A DNA stretch of 64,000 nucleotides from a virus (taxonomy: Duplodnaviria > Caudoviricetes), in IMG/VR virus record IMGVR_UViG_3300028886_000087, positions 5,559 through 69,558 of that record. One strand, 5' to 3'. Both the position numbers and the translations under genes were made by a program. The notes under the pieces were generated by a model. That model was not told where the DNA came from, made no database searches, and saw only the letters and a program-made list of their open reading frames with translations. Below, in pieces: positions 18,697-30,382 of the stretch. Within the stretch, counting starts at the first letter, position 1, and every line of letters starts with the position of its first letter.

Positions 18697-18966
18697 TTAC
18701 CATACCACGTTTTCTATAATGTCAGATTCAGTTTTCATAAACAAAACTCTATCCGTACCGCGAAACTCGATAAGGTTATCTGGTGAAATTGGCTTACAAT
18801 GAATTTCGTCAATTTCTTTTTCACCGAAATAATCAGTCACATAATTAACTACTTCATTGATAGTATCGCCCCATACAAAGCAATTAGCTTCAACCATTCC
18901 ATCGGCATTCTTGTATTCTTCTTTTGCGAACTCGTTGTAATAACTTACATATACACTGTATATCAT
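18697..18966 (-). CDS. Hypothetical protein
   Basis: Coupled ORF. Confidence 0.7.
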   Translation of the reverse strand: MIYSVYVSYYNEFAKEEYKNADGMVEANCFVWGDTINEVVNYVTDYFGEKEIDEIHCKPISPDNLIEFRGTDRVLFMKTESDIIENVVW

Positions 18967-19508
18967 AATCCTTTACTCCATTTCCAATCTTCAAATTTAT
19001 ATTTTATATCTCTACACAGGCTACCAATCTTAAACCATGGTGTTCCATAGTAGTCGATAATGTGGGTTTTCTTGTAGTATTTTAAATCTACCCCATAACC
19101 AAAAGCAACTTTATATTTATGTCCACGATAATCCATTTTACATATGTAATAGTCATGGAATTTTCGCGGCCGCACTATAACTTCGGCGTCATCATATACT
19201 GAAGTGAAAAAATACCATTTCTTCCAATAACTCCACTTTTTAAAAGGTTCGCTACCAAAATATATTGTTTCATTATAATTTTCATCAACTGAGCTATATA
19301 TACGCATTACATTTTTATAAAAACCAATAGTAAAATCCTTATCACCTATGTAGCCAAAACAGTTACCAGCTAGCGTCAAGTTGGAACCAACTGATTTACT
19401 TTCATTTATATCACTCCAACCAACCATATCTTCCATTGGAGTAAACATATCAGTTGAGATAAGCTTTCCATCTTTCCACGCAATCGCGCCATAGTCTACC
19501 ATTGCCAT
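18963..19508 (-). CDS. Hypothetical protein
   Basis: 181 aa, AAGGA RBS. Confidence 0.75.
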   Translation of the reverse strand: MAMVDYGAIAWKDGKLISTDMFTPMEDMVGWSDINESKSVGSNLTLAGNCFGYIGDKDFTIGFYKNVMRIYSSVDENYNETIYFGSEPFKKWSYWKKWYFFTSVYDDAEVIVRPRKFHDYYICKMDYRGHKYKVAFGYGVDLKYYKKTHIIDYYGTPWFKIGSLCRDIKYKFEDWKWSKGL

Positions 19509-19521
19509 AAGTTATTCCTTT

Positions 19522-19818
19522 CTACCACAGGTCCTCACTCATTAACTTATCACTTGCTATAATCATTTCAAACTGCTCATCACTCAAATCACTAAGCTGA
19601 CCACACTCAACAGCTTCACATAGTGCATCAAAGCGGCCAAGAAACTCACCTTTCTCAGTAAGAAAACCCTGTTCAATAATTTTAAAATCGCCTGGTTCAA
19701 AACCTAAAGCCTTTAATATAATTCCACCATCACCGTGTCGATGAAGTGGAAGAATTACTTCTCCACCAGTATCATCATGTGGATATAATTGATATTTTAT
19801 TGCAGCACTTACTATCAT
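19522..19818 (-). CDS. Conserved phage hypothetical protein
   Basis: IVSAAIK...RH.D...EQGFLT..GEFL.R..A pattern. Confidence 0.7.
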   Translation of the reverse strand: MIVSAAIKYQLYPHDDTGGEVILPLHRHGDGGIILKALGFEPGDFKIIEQGFLTEKGEFLGRFDALCEAVECGQLSDLSDEQFEMIIASDKLMSEDLW

Positions 19819-19925
19819 AATAATTTTTCCTTTCTTATCTTATACTTAATTATATCAAAAATTCCTAAAAAATTCAAATTTAAAAGACCGCACTCCTATA
19901 CGTAGAAGCGCGGCCGTCCCATAAA

Positions 19926-20255
19926 TTAATCGTTTCTTGTAATAAAATCATATAAGATGTCTGGACTTTGAATTGTCCAAGTGCGACCTGTTTCAGTATC
20001 ATACACCTTATTCATATCTTCCTTCTGACCAAAATTCGTTTCAAAACAGAACCAATCAAGGTCGGTGCCTACATATGGGTCCTTTTCTAATTCGCACAGG
20101 TCAGAAAGTAAATCATAATAATTTGCAATCCAATCTGAGCCTTTCCACTCTGGACTAATATCAAGAGCATCAATCATCTGGTTCTCTTCCTCTAACATCG
20201 TCTTGTAAGTTTCAACTGCTATGCAGAACTGTCTCTTATCAAGCTTCATAACCAA
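19926..20255 (-). CDS. Hypothetical protein
   Basis: ORF track. Confidence 0.75.
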   Translation of the reverse strand: MVMKLDKRQFCIAVETYKTMLEEENQMIDALDISPEWKGSDWIANYYDLLSDLCELEKDPYVGTDLDWFCFETNFGQKEDMNKVYDTETGRTWTIQSPDILYDFITRND

Positions 20256-20745
20256 TCTCCTTTATAAGATTATCACACTGTTCTTTATGGGATAAATAAT
20301 AGTTAACGGCGCCTTCTGTCGCCGCGAACTCACTTGGAATAGAGAAATACATACGAGTAAATTCTTCATAACGCTCTTCATTAAAATCAAGTTGAAGCAT
20401 AAAATAAAGAATATCCCTATCTTTATCAAGGTTCTCATCGTAAGTAACTATATGAAATACCTCATGTAATACCCCCATAATATAAGGATTTATTGATTTT
20501 CCAAATTTATCTAAAACAAAATCATGGAATAATCTGTCTCCCTCTGGATCAGAAACAAAAGGAACATTAATTATTTTCTCACTTATAATACAATAAAACT
20601 CATCACCAGACATATGAACCTTTATTTCTGGGTCAATAGAATGGACAAAGTCCTTAACAAGCTGGTGTATTTTATGTGTGGGAAAAACGTCCTTCAGTAA
20701 ATCTAAATCCCAATTAAAGTATGTATTATTTATTGTAAGTTCCAT
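20239..20745 (-). CDS. Putative zinc metallopeptidase-fold protein
   Basis: HExxH (LHEVFH) with downstream E...A. Confidence 0.55.
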   Translation of the reverse strand: MELTINNTYFNWDLDLLKDVFPTHKIHQLVKDFVHSIDPEIKVHMSGDEFYCIISEKIINVPFVSDPEGDRLFHDFVLDKFGKSINPYIMGVLHEVFHIVTYDENLDKDRDILYFMLQLDFNEERYEEFTRMYFSIPSEFAATEGAVNYYLSHKEQCDNLIKEIGYEA

Positions 20746-20949
20746 AATTATATTCCTTTCTTCACTTTATAATATAATTATATCATTATTTTTTCAATTT
20801 TTCAAATTTGAAGTTATACGTCTACGACCTATGTAGACTGCGGCCGGTCGCCTATGTCGCGACACTATCTCAACTTATGACATTAGAGGTTGAAGCGCCG
20901 CTAAATACGTAGGACAATAAAAAAGACCTAACATAGTTAGGTCTTTTCC

Positions 20950-21267
20950 TTATACAGGATAATATTCACCTTCAGCTACATACCAATCATCCATGTCAAG
21001 CATTTCAACTGATTCATAACCATCATATTCATGAATACGAAACATAGTACCACTTGGCACCTCAACCACCATAAGGTTCTTAAAACCCCCCATATACGGC
21101 GGGCCGCCGTAGATGTCGGTGTAGCCACAAGCCACACACAGCTCCTTCATATCTTCCAATGAAATGCCGCACTCAAACGCTCTAATCAAACGCTCATCGA
21201 ACGCCATTCTCGAGTCATTCCATGTGGACCAACCTGCGCCATAACCTCTACTTATAAGAACCTTCAT
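20950..21267 (-). CDS. Conserved phage hypothetical protein
   Basis: SRGYGAGWSTW...FRIHEYDG.ESV. Confidence 0.75.
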   Translation of the reverse strand: MKVLISRGYGAGWSTWNDSRMAFDERLIRAFECGISLEDMKELCVACGYTDIYGGPPYMGGFKNLMVVEVPSGTMFRIHEYDGYESVEMLDMDDWYVAEGEYYPV

Positions 21268-21275
21268 ATATCCTC

Positions 21276-22123
21276 CTAAACTATGTCATCAACTGTAGGA
21301 TTACCAACTTCAACACCTACGTAAAGATAGGTATCACTATCATACCTTTCATTAAATTGAACATCATCAAGTATGTCTGAAAGAGTATTTAAATATCCCT
21401 TTGTATACTCAGCCATCTTCAAATCATCTTTAATTTCCGCTTCATACTCGTCACATCCAGAGATAGCTTCAAGTTTTTCTTCAATTGAGTTATTAAAAGT
21501 AGCAATTAATGCTCTGCGCTTATCAATCTCTTTCAACTTCTCCTCAGCCTTGTCTATATCGAATACCATTTCATTACGTATTCTCTCAAGGTCTGATATT
21601 GTTATAGGTCTAATCTTTTCCCACGGAGCAAAATTATTAAATAACTGACAGATGTAATTACCTCCAACAAAAGAACCTATTGGAAGAAATGTATTCTCAT
21701 GTCTTATAAAGAACTGTGTATATGTACTCATTACTCTTCTCCTTCCTCACTCATTGGGCAATATTCTGTACCCATGAGCGCGCCACAGGTAAAGATTTTC
21801 TCTTCATCATTCTTATTTGCAAGATGTCTAAAGCACTCTGTATTAGTACATTTAATGCTATCGCTGCACCAAGTTATATCACTTTCAAACCACATCTGCA
21901 TCTATCCCTCCTATCTCTCACGGTATCTCAAATAATTCATATCGTCAAACTTCGCACCCATGATTGCTTCTGGGTCATCGAAGTCATCATATTCAATTTC
22001 TGCGTAAGTTCTTGGTATCTGTTCCTGTTCTCTGAAATGAAGAACAAACTCAATCTCATTCATATCAAGTTCTTCGTCCATATCGAATTCATCGAGTACA
22101 TTTATTAACTGTCTCTTGGTCAT
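21276..22123 (-). CDS. Three hypothetical proteins (21276-21731, 21731-21901, 21911-22123)
   Basis: ORF track plus hand-translated 56 aa Cys-rich ORF; RBS present. Confidence 0.7.
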
Positions 22124-22228
22124 AGTAAAACCTTTCCTTTCCTTATCTTATAATTAATTATATCAAAAATTTTAAAATTTTTCAAATTAAAAAAGACCGT
22201 AGTGTATACTTACACTGCGGCCTTCCCA

Positions 22229-22912
22229 TTACCAGTTCCACCCTGCATAATCAATTATTACCATACTTCCATCTGGTTTCAGGGCGACATTCTGTTCGTG
22301 AATATCTGTTATCCACCACTTACACATAAACACTTCAAACATTCTTTTATATTCTGAAGACATCAGTGATTCCATATAGTCTAAAACCCTATCTTCAGAG
22401 TCGCCTTCCCACCAGTTATCATACTCATCTATTGAATCCCAGTTTGAACTATCAAGTCCATGTGATTCACAGTATTCCTCATATCCATGTTTATATGTAG
22501 CATCAGCAACTGCATCTTCGTTGCAATCCATGTATTCCATAACATAGATACCAGGTGTTTCATACTTACCCTCATCATCATACTGCGGCTCAGCATAGCA
22601 CATACACCAAGCAAAGTTATCAGCAAGTCCTTCCTTTACTGCAGCCTCATAAACCTCAACTTCATGCTGACAGAACTTTTCATATTTTTCATCAAGAGCA
22701 ATCTTGATTACATAGTCGCAATAGTCCTCGTCCCAAAGGACAATACGAGAAGCGCCATAAGCATACTGCATACCCTCTGGCATAGAGCAATAATCCCAGC
22801 TATTAATAATTGAAGTTGGGTCAGTCACATCAAAACCTGCACACTCAACCATATTAATAATGCGGTCTGCCGCTATAGCTGCCTCATTGATTCTGTTAAG
22901 AAGTCTATCCAT
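22229..22912 (-). CDS. Protein-kinase-like fold protein
   Basis: YVIKIA, HEVEVY, YVMEY, DIHEQN catalytic loop, IIDYA. Confidence 0.65.
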   Translation of the reverse strand: MDRLLNRINEAAIAADRIINMVECAGFDVTDPTSIINSWDYCSMPEGMQYAYGASRIVLWDEDYCDYVIKIALDEKYEKFCQHEVEVYEAAVKEGLADNFAWCMCYAEPQYDDEGKYETPGIYVMEYMDCNEDAVADATYKHGYEEYCESHGLDSSNWDSIDEYDNWWEGDSEDRVLDYMESLMSSEYKRMFEVFMCKWWITDIHEQNVALKPDGSMVIIDYAGWNW

Positions 22913-23072
22913 AAAATTTCCTTTCCTTTCTTATATTATAATTATATAAGAAATTTAAGAAATTTTCAATTTTTATTTATCTGCTATGATAAACATATAG
23001 TCAAGTAAATCATATACTATACCCGCCGCCTCAGGAGTATCAAGGTGGTCTTCTAAAACACTAACAACATCT

Positions 23073-24276
23073 TCAAACTTTACTACTCTCATTGTCTTCC
23101 TCCTTCGTATTCTGCGCCGATGCCATCAATTCATTGAAACATTTCTCACATAACTGTCCTCTGAACTTCACCGATTCACCATTTCTATCTTCGATAATTT
23201 TAAAAGGCACGAGTGATTTAGCACCCGCGCACTTACATTTCATACATATATATTTACCATCGCTCATTATGTTCTCCATTCGTATTTAAAATAAACATAA
23301 TAGCCCACAATCCCATACAAATATAATAAGCATTATCACTTATCACATTTAAATGATGTCCTATTATAATTCCAACTAAATATACAGCAGTAAAAATAAA
23401 CATTAATATATTCATTCTTTTTCCTCTTGTTCCTGTTGTTCAAGTGCAGCTTCAATTTCTAGTTCAGTCAACCGCAAATCTAAATCAGACATCAGCAAAT
23501 ATCTTGTGCCTACATAATTAACCATTATAGCAATTAAAAACTCACCCATGGTTAAACGGTCTGTTACAAAATTAAAAGTTATTACAATTAGCACCATAAC
23601 TGAAAATGCTACATCACATATAGTTCTCATTCACACTCTCCTTCGGCTGGCCGCCACGTACAATCAAATCCCAAGTCCGGAGTATATGTTCCATCTGGTA
23701 ACCAGTCACCCATTGCGTCATCGTTTTCTAACCACTCTAAAAGAGTATCTAAATCACTATCAAACTGAGGGTATATATTTATACCCCCAGTATCGGTTCT
23801 ATAATTTTTAACAAAACGATTATATATATCTCTATAACTTTCCATTATTCCCCCATATATGTGATGTCTTTAAAGGTGTCATAATAACAACCTCTATTAT
23901 CAAACATCTTTTTCATAAAGCACATAGCAATACCTTTTTCTTCATCCCACTCATCATCTGGGTGGCATTTCATTACTGTGCGCGTGCCGTCTTTCCATAC
24001 TACACAAATGGTACGCTTAGATTTATTAACTACAACCTGCTTATAAGGTTTCTCTGGCTTACGAGGTCCTTTGATAAGATGCGCCTCGGTAATTGTCCTC
24101 AACGTTGAGTTATTACCAGGTTCGATATGAACTACAGTAATATATGAATCATAACCTTTAAAACCACCACTGCTACCACTAGAAACAATATCATATGTTC
24201 CACCTAGCAGAAGATTAAGATTTGTATTGTAAGCATAAATTTTACAGCCACTTCCAAAAACAACTTTAACTACCAT
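23073..24276 (-). CDS. Four hypothetical proteins (23073-23279, 23412-23630 membrane, 23627-23845, 23845-24276)
   Basis: Coupled ORFs with RBS. Confidence 0.7.
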
Positions 24277-24442
24277 ATATATCTCCTTTCTTATAGTATA
24301 TCAATTGATATATTACTAAGCACATAATTTACAGCTTCTTGATAAAATTTATCTTCGCTCCAATCTTTCGGCTGATTGAGTTCAATTTCCATGAATGAAT
24401 CATCAATCCAAATTTGTACTATTCTTTCATTTATCTCTTCCA

Positions 24443-25527
24443 TTAACAAAACTCTCCTTCTGTAAATCTATATCCATTTACATTACGACAATATGTAAAA
24501 TTATCTGGATTGTCTTTAAACTGCTCCTGTTTTGTGTCTACGAGTTTTTTAAAATCATCAAAACTAACTATTACATCATATTCATTTATAATCACATATT
24601 CTTGTTTATCAACCGTATGAACTTCAAGCCAATTCATTACACCTTCATAAGACCACCATATAATTGGAATATCTCTATATGGTTCATTGACTTCATGGAA
24701 TAAAAAAAGCCAACCATAAGAAGATTTACCTATATGAATAGGTTCCGCTATTGATGGTCTATTTGGCACTACATAATAGTTCGTTCCCATTTAAGCCTCC
24801 CTTATTTTATAGGTCATACCCATTTCAAACTTATCAAGAGCTATATCGCGAATATCAGTAGGTGTTGCATCTAAAGGTACATCATCTTCTGCATAATCGA
24901 CATATACTTCTAAAATCTGCGACCCAAAATAAAATGTAACTATATCACCCATTTGATGCCTCCTTTTAAAATTCTCGTTCAATATTATTAATAGCTTCAA
25001 GAGTTTCATCACTTATTTCATCATAGTCTCCAGACAAAAGCCAATCCCAATAGCCATCAGGTTCCTCATCCCAGTAGCCATCAGATTCTTCGTCCTGCTC
25101 ACATGGCGCCCACTCGTCTGGACCGTCATAGTGACAATATTCAACTGAAATTGGAGTTCCATTTTCGTCAAGGTCTGCCCACCAATATCCACAATTACAA
25201 GCCATATTACTTTCCTTTCTATCCGTAAATCCAACCATTCCTTATAGATTCTTCAAAGTCTTCTCTAATCCTTCGCCTTGCCGCCTCTTCGGCTGACTCC
25301 TGATAGTTCCAACCTTTTGCTACGAACTGAGCGGCCGCGACTACATCGTGAGTGCAACCGATAAATATCCCTCTTTCATAAAGTTCATATTTGCCCTCAC
25401 GTAAATTACCAATTTCTACATAGCATCCACTATCTTCGTTCTCAACCCAGTCACCGAAGTCCATTGCGTTCATCTCGACAACGAGTTCATGGAAGTTCTT
25501 TGGATTTATATATCTGCTCATAGACAC
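24443..25527 (-). CDS. Four hypothetical proteins (24443-24790, 24791-24952, 24966-25205, 25219-25527)
   Basis: Coupled ORFs; 24443 has MGTNYY...HIGKSS.GW.FLF phage motif. Confidence 0.7.
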
Positions 25528-25616
25528 TTTCCTTTCTACTTCTTTTCTTACCTTATATTATAATTATACCAAAAATTTTAAAAATTTTCAAATTAAAAAG
25601 AGGGTATTTCTACCCT

Positions 25617-26807
25617 CTATTCAGATGCTTTGAAATTATAAACTGGCTTAATAATACGTTCAACCTCTACTGTATCTCCGATATTCTCCAATATCTCGTT
25701 CATTGATTTATAAGCCATTGGAGACTCATCAAGTGTAGAACGATTAACCGAAGTAGTATAGATACCTTCCATTGAGGCTTCAAAGTCTTCAAGTGATATG
25801 TTCTCTTTTGCCTTTGCTCTGCTCATAAGGCGGCCGGCGCCATGTGGAGCAGAACAATTCCAATCTTCATTACCTTTACCAATGCCAATAATACAACCAT
25901 CGCGCATGTTGATTGGAATTAGTACACGCTCGCCATACTTTGCAGATATAGCACCTTTACGCACCATATTTGTATCATGTTCAATATAGTTATGAATTGT
26001 TTCAAACGATGACACCGGCACCCATTGCATATGACGACAAATTATATCTGCCATCATTGCACGATTGGCTACGGCAAACTCCTGGCATATTTTCATATCA
26101 TGAAGATAGTTAAGTCTATCTTCGCCCTCAAGATAGCTCAATTCTTTTGGAATACCTTTTGCTTTTGGTTTAAAAGTCTTATGCAATTCCTCAATTGCTC
26201 CTGAAATCTCTTTCTCTCTACCTTGAGCTTTAAGTGATTTAATTAACTCTTTCTGCGCGCGGCCTATGTCGTTGACGCCACTGAGATTTTCAATAGCGAC
26301 TTTCTGATAGTAGTCCGCTACTTGTTTTCCGAGGTTACGCGAACCCGAGTGAATAACAAGATATTTATATCCTGCTGTATCCTCATCAATTTCGATGAAG
26401 TGATTACCACCACCAAGTGTACCAAGTGAACATCTAATCCAATCTCTATTTTTTAAATGGTCATAGCAATATAATTGCTTCATTGTTTTAACTGGATAAG
26501 TTGCACCACCATGTACGTTGCGGCCACTTGGTACGTACATACGAATAACTGAATCCAACTTTGCATAGTCAATGTCAATCTGTCCAAGTTCAACTGTCAA
26601 CATGCCGCAGCCGATGTCAACTCCGACGATATTAGGGATAACTTTCTCGCCAAGGTCAGCAGTAAATCCGATGACACAGCCTGCGCCGGCATGAACGTCT
26701 GGCATGATGCGGACTTTGCAGTCGGTAAATGCTGGCTGAGACATGAGGGTATATATTTGAGAAAGAGCCTGTGGCTCGATGTTGTTTGTAAATATTTTGA
26801 GATTCAT
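25617..26807 (-). CDS. rtcB: RtcB RNA 3'-phosphate ligase
   Basis: MPDVHAG, GVDIGCG, LGTLGGGNHFIE, HSGSR, HNY, RKGA, SAPHGAGR, DESP.AYK. Confidence 0.95.
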   Translation of the reverse strand: MNLKIFTNNIEPQALSQIYTLMSQPAFTDCKVRIMPDVHAGAGCVIGFTADLGEKVIPNIVGVDIGCGMLTVELGQIDIDYAKLDSVIRMYVPSGRNVHGGATYPVKTMKQLYCYDHLKNRDWIRCSLGTLGGGNHFIEIDEDTAGYKYLVIHSGSRNLGKQVADYYQKVAIENLSGVNDIGRAQKELIKSLKAQGREKEISGAIEELHKTFKPKAKGIPKELSYLEGEDRLNYLHDMKICQEFAVANRAMMADIICRHMQWVPVSSFETIHNYIEHDTNMVRKGAISAKYGERVLIPINMRDGCIIGIGKGNEDWNCSAPHGAGRLMSRAKAKENISLEDFEASMEGIYTTSVNRSTLDESPMAYKSMNEILENIGDTVEVERIIKPVYNFKASE

Positions 26808-26895
26808 ATAATTTTCTCCCTTCTTATATATATAATTATATAAGAAATTTGAAAATTTTTCAAATTTAAAAGACCGCAGTAATGCGGTCTAGTTG

Positions 26896-28563
26896 TTAAG
26901 TAAAATTATAAGAAGTTTTTAAATAACGACTATTTTTACGTCGTGGTCCAAAAGTATATTCACTTCCTGCTCCAGAAAAAAAGGCATGAGGATTAGGATT
27001 AATATCGTCTACAATAGTTCCGCTAATTAAATCTTTATGTTGTTCCACAGTAAAAATTAATGGATTACTATTTCGTCCTTCTATAGCTCCTATAATTTTT
27101 TGAAGCATATCAGATGCTAAATAAGGCACTAAATTAACCATATATAGTACATTACCAATATCTCCTGAATATACATTTAAACCTTTATTGCGCGCATCAT
27201 CCATGTATAATAAACTTGAAGAATACATAGACATTAAAAGTTCAAATTGTTTTATTAGTGTATCTATATAATTATCAACTGAATTAAAATTTTTATTAGA
27301 GCCTTCTGTAAAAGTACCAGAACCATTACCCCAAGTATAAGAAATATTATATGATTGAGTATCATATAAATCTTCTATTGCTTCTGAATTAAAGTGTAAC
27401 ATATCTCCTAAACGATCAAAAGATATATTAGAGAAACCAATAGTTAATTCTTGTGCAGTATTTTCTATCATTCCAAAATCAGTAGTACTGTTTTTAACTT
27501 GTATACCATAACCAGCATCAATAATAATATCAGCACTAGCTTGTGTTCCAGATAAACCCGTATGTTGTGCAGCCCATTCAATTGAAGGATAAGCATGAAT
27601 TAAGTCATAAAACAAAATCATAGCGGTAATTTCACCTATTAATCCTGTAATTTGATTTGCATTTCTACCCACAAAAAACATATACGGATTTTTATTTAAC
27701 ATATGATTCATTACTAAATCAAAAGCTCTTGAATTGTATGAATTAATTCCTAATTGTGTTCTAATTTCATCTTTAATCTGTCTATTAATATTATTTATAT
27801 TTTTTATTATTTCAGGGTTTTTTCTCGCGGTTTTTTCTGATAAAGGAACACCACCCTGTGAAGTCAATTGCGCCCATTTTGTTCCAGAATAAATTTTAAT
27901 ACGATTTTGGTTAATTTCTGCATGAGCCTCTAAATCAATACCTTGTTTTGCTAAATCTTTTTTAATTCTAGCAACTGCTTTACCAATTCTAGCAACTACT
28001 GCAGAAGAAGAATCTTTTAATAAAAATTCAGATAAAGCACGATCATCTTTTCTTCCTCCTACCTGACCTCCGCTTCGTTTTAATCCTTTAACAGTAGCAC
28101 CTTTTTCTGAAACTATTACTGTAATAAGATTAGATAAACCTAAATCTTGCAAATTTAAATATTTAAATAAATCTTGTGCATTTAAATTATTAAAAATATC
28201 TTCTGCTAAATGTTCTTTTAAATAATTTACTATATAGATTTCAAACTCTTTTTGTGCCTTTTGTAATTGATTATCCATAGCAGTTTCATAAGGAATGGTA
28301 AAATTTAATCGCAAACCTTTACCCGCAAAATTATTTGCATCAGCTTTAAATTGAGCGATACGATTTTTTAATTCATTTAATCCGCCAAATTTAGCCAATA
28401 AATTTTGTTCTTTTGCCTGTAATGCTTTTGCATCTGCTGCTAATTCTGTTAAAACATGAGTACCATTTAATGCACTTTGAGTAAATTCATTTATTGCTAT
28501 CGCACTTTGTCCCAAAATAGCTTCTACACCCGGTAAAGTCCAATTTTGTGAAGTTATAGCCAT
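26896..28563 (-). CDS. Large AT-rich hypothetical protein with possible PD-(D/E)xK-like motif
   Basis: GLIGE...ADIII...GIQVKN; start MAITSQ with GGAGG RBS. Confidence 0.55.
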   Translation of the reverse strand: MAITSQNWTLPGVEAILGQSAIAINEFTQSALNGTHVLTELAADAKALQAKEQNLLAKFGGLNELKNRIAQFKADANNFAGKGLRLNFTIPYETAMDNQLQKAQKEFEIYIVNYLKEHLAEDIFNNLNAQDLFKYLNLQDLGLSNLITVIVSEKGATVKGLKRSGGQVGGRKDDRALSEFLLKDSSSAVVARIGKAVARIKKDLAKQGIDLEAHAEINQNRIKIYSGTKWAQLTSQGGVPLSEKTARKNPEIIKNINNINRQIKDEIRTQLGINSYNSRAFDLVMNHMLNKNPYMFFVGRNANQITGLIGEITAMILFYDLIHAYPSIEWAAQHTGLSGTQASADIIIDAGYGIQVKNSTTDFGMIENTAQELTIGFSNISFDRLGDMLHFNSEAIEDLYDTQSYNISYTWGNGSGTFTEGSNKNFNSVDNYIDTLIKQFELLMSMYSSSLLYMDDARNKGLNVYSGDIGNVLYMVNLVPYLASDMLQKIIGAIEGRNSNPLIFTVEQHKDLISGTIVDDINPNPHAFFSGAGSEYTFGPRRKNSRYLKTSYNFT

Positions 28564-28901
28564 AATATCCTCCATATGAAAAATGGGCAAGCCTATCGAC
28601 CGCCCAAGAGATATATATAAAAGCCATCTCTATTAATGAGATGTCTGAATTATTTTATTATCATATATAAGTCATTTTTTTATTAAAAGTCTTTAATAAA
28701 TTCAGTAAAACAAAAGTCACTACAAAGTAGTGACAGTTGTTGTTAAAATTTATATTATCAAATAAGAGAACAATCGAAAGACTTCTCATCTTTCTATTTA
28801 TATTATACCCAAAATCCCAAAATTCGTCAAATTTTAAGGCGGTCGCATTGTTCTATGAACTCTCGCGGCCGCCCATGAAAGGAGGTGTACCATGAACTAT
28901 A

Positions 28902-28976
28902 TGGAGCTTCGAGCAGGAGTCGAACCCGCAATCTATTCATTACAAGTGAATTGCCTTACCATTCGGCTATCGAAGC
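28902..28976 (-). tRNA. tRNA-Thr(TGT)
   Basis: Cloverleaf, encoded CCA. Confidence 0.9.
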
Positions 28977-29061
28977 ATAAAGTGGAGTTATTCCGGACCT
29001 CCACTAACCCTATATTTTACAAGTGGGGTTATGACTTGATATAATAATTGCAATTATATAC

Positions 29062-29137
29062 TGGCGATTCGTCTTGGACTCGAACCAAGGACCTAGTGGT
29101 TAACAGCCACTTGCTCTACCAGCTGAGCTAACGAACC
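29062..29137 (-). tRNA. tRNA-Asn(GTT)
   Basis: Cloverleaf, CCA. Confidence 0.92.
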
Positions 29138-29230
29138 ATGGGTATGACGCGGGTTCCTGCCGCGTCGCAGGACATATATATGACAGATGTATGCGTCTGC
29201 CGCTGATTTGCCCTCAGCAGTAAAAGCATA

Positions 29231-29304
29231 TGGCTGGCTCACCTAGATTCGAACTAGGGATAACGGAGTCAAAGTCCGTTGAGTTACCGCTACTCCATGA
29301 GCCA
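29231..29304 (-). tRNA. tRNA-Gln(TTG)
   Basis: Cloverleaf, CCA. Confidence 0.92.
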
Positions 29305-29490
29305 ATATATTCTATAGCTTTCCACCCATTCTACGGTACTCTTTACATCTTTCCGAAATTATCGTGAGCGGCCTTCTCACATTGATATTGTTGTATCACA
29401 GCCACTGACTGCTGCTCGTGACCTGGGACTTCAGGCGGTGGTCTCATAGAAGTTGACTAGTACGTTCTATGTTGCATTGCTATAGATAAA

Positions 29491-29566
<76 letters not shown>

Positions 29567-29580
29567 TCAACAAAATTATA

Positions 29581-29672
29581 TGGACACGGAAGTTTGACTT
29601 GCACAAACTTCTCTAGGTATTTCACCTTACAACTCTTGCGGAGTGTGTTTTACTACATAAACTATTCCGTGT
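29581..29672 (-). ncRNA. Atypical tRNA-like RNA
   Basis: 7-bp acceptor, D arm, variable arm, T-like arm, CCA; no 7-nt anticodon loop. Confidence 0.55.
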
Positions 29673-29679
29673 TAACGCG

Positions 29680-30380
29680 TGAGAGTTTGAGCGTGCTACT
29701 CACAAGCAGCAGAGATTTGTTACCTAGGATTCGCTGAATCTGCCACAACGGACTTCCCACCGTAGAGCTTTACTTCACCCTACTTCGAAGTCTAAAAGGC
29801 CCAACCGTTGTTAGTGCAGACTTGGGTCTCTGCATTCGCCAACCGTTGTTTGTGCGGACTTGGCTCTCCGCAGAGGCATATTTTGATAACCCAGACTTCT
29901 ATGCAAACTGGAGGATTTATCGCAGGTGCCATCGGTGAAGTTCTCCCATTCACATGGGGTAGGCATTTATATCGCGGCTTACCATACTCTCCGCTTTCTA
30001 CGGTGCCGCCGCAGAACGACAGATTCATTTAACGCCAACAAACCTGCAAAGCACGCTTCTTTTATACAGTATGTTCTGTGCCACATTTCTTTCAACGCAT
30101 CGTGCCAGGTGCTACCTGGGTCGGGTTGAAATGCGGCCCCTGTGGCGGGTGCAGGGTTTTTAAATTAGCCGCTAGGTTTTCCATCCTAGCCGAGTTTCGT
30201 TTTTTAAAGTCGAGCCACTCTCCACGACTATATACTACTCTCATTTAATTTGGACTGAAGTGCCGGCGTTCCCGTGGTAGCTACGGACGTACTTCCTGGT
30301 TTTACTTACTATCCCGCCCTTGCCTTGGCGGTTCAGTTGACATAGATATTATAGTCGACTTGTCGCTGTATCATCCCGAC
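29680..30380 (-). ncRNA. ORF-poor structured RNA block
   Basis: Many hairpins; tandem 38-nt repeat with compensatory stem change. Confidence 0.4.
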
Positions 30381-30382
30381 TT

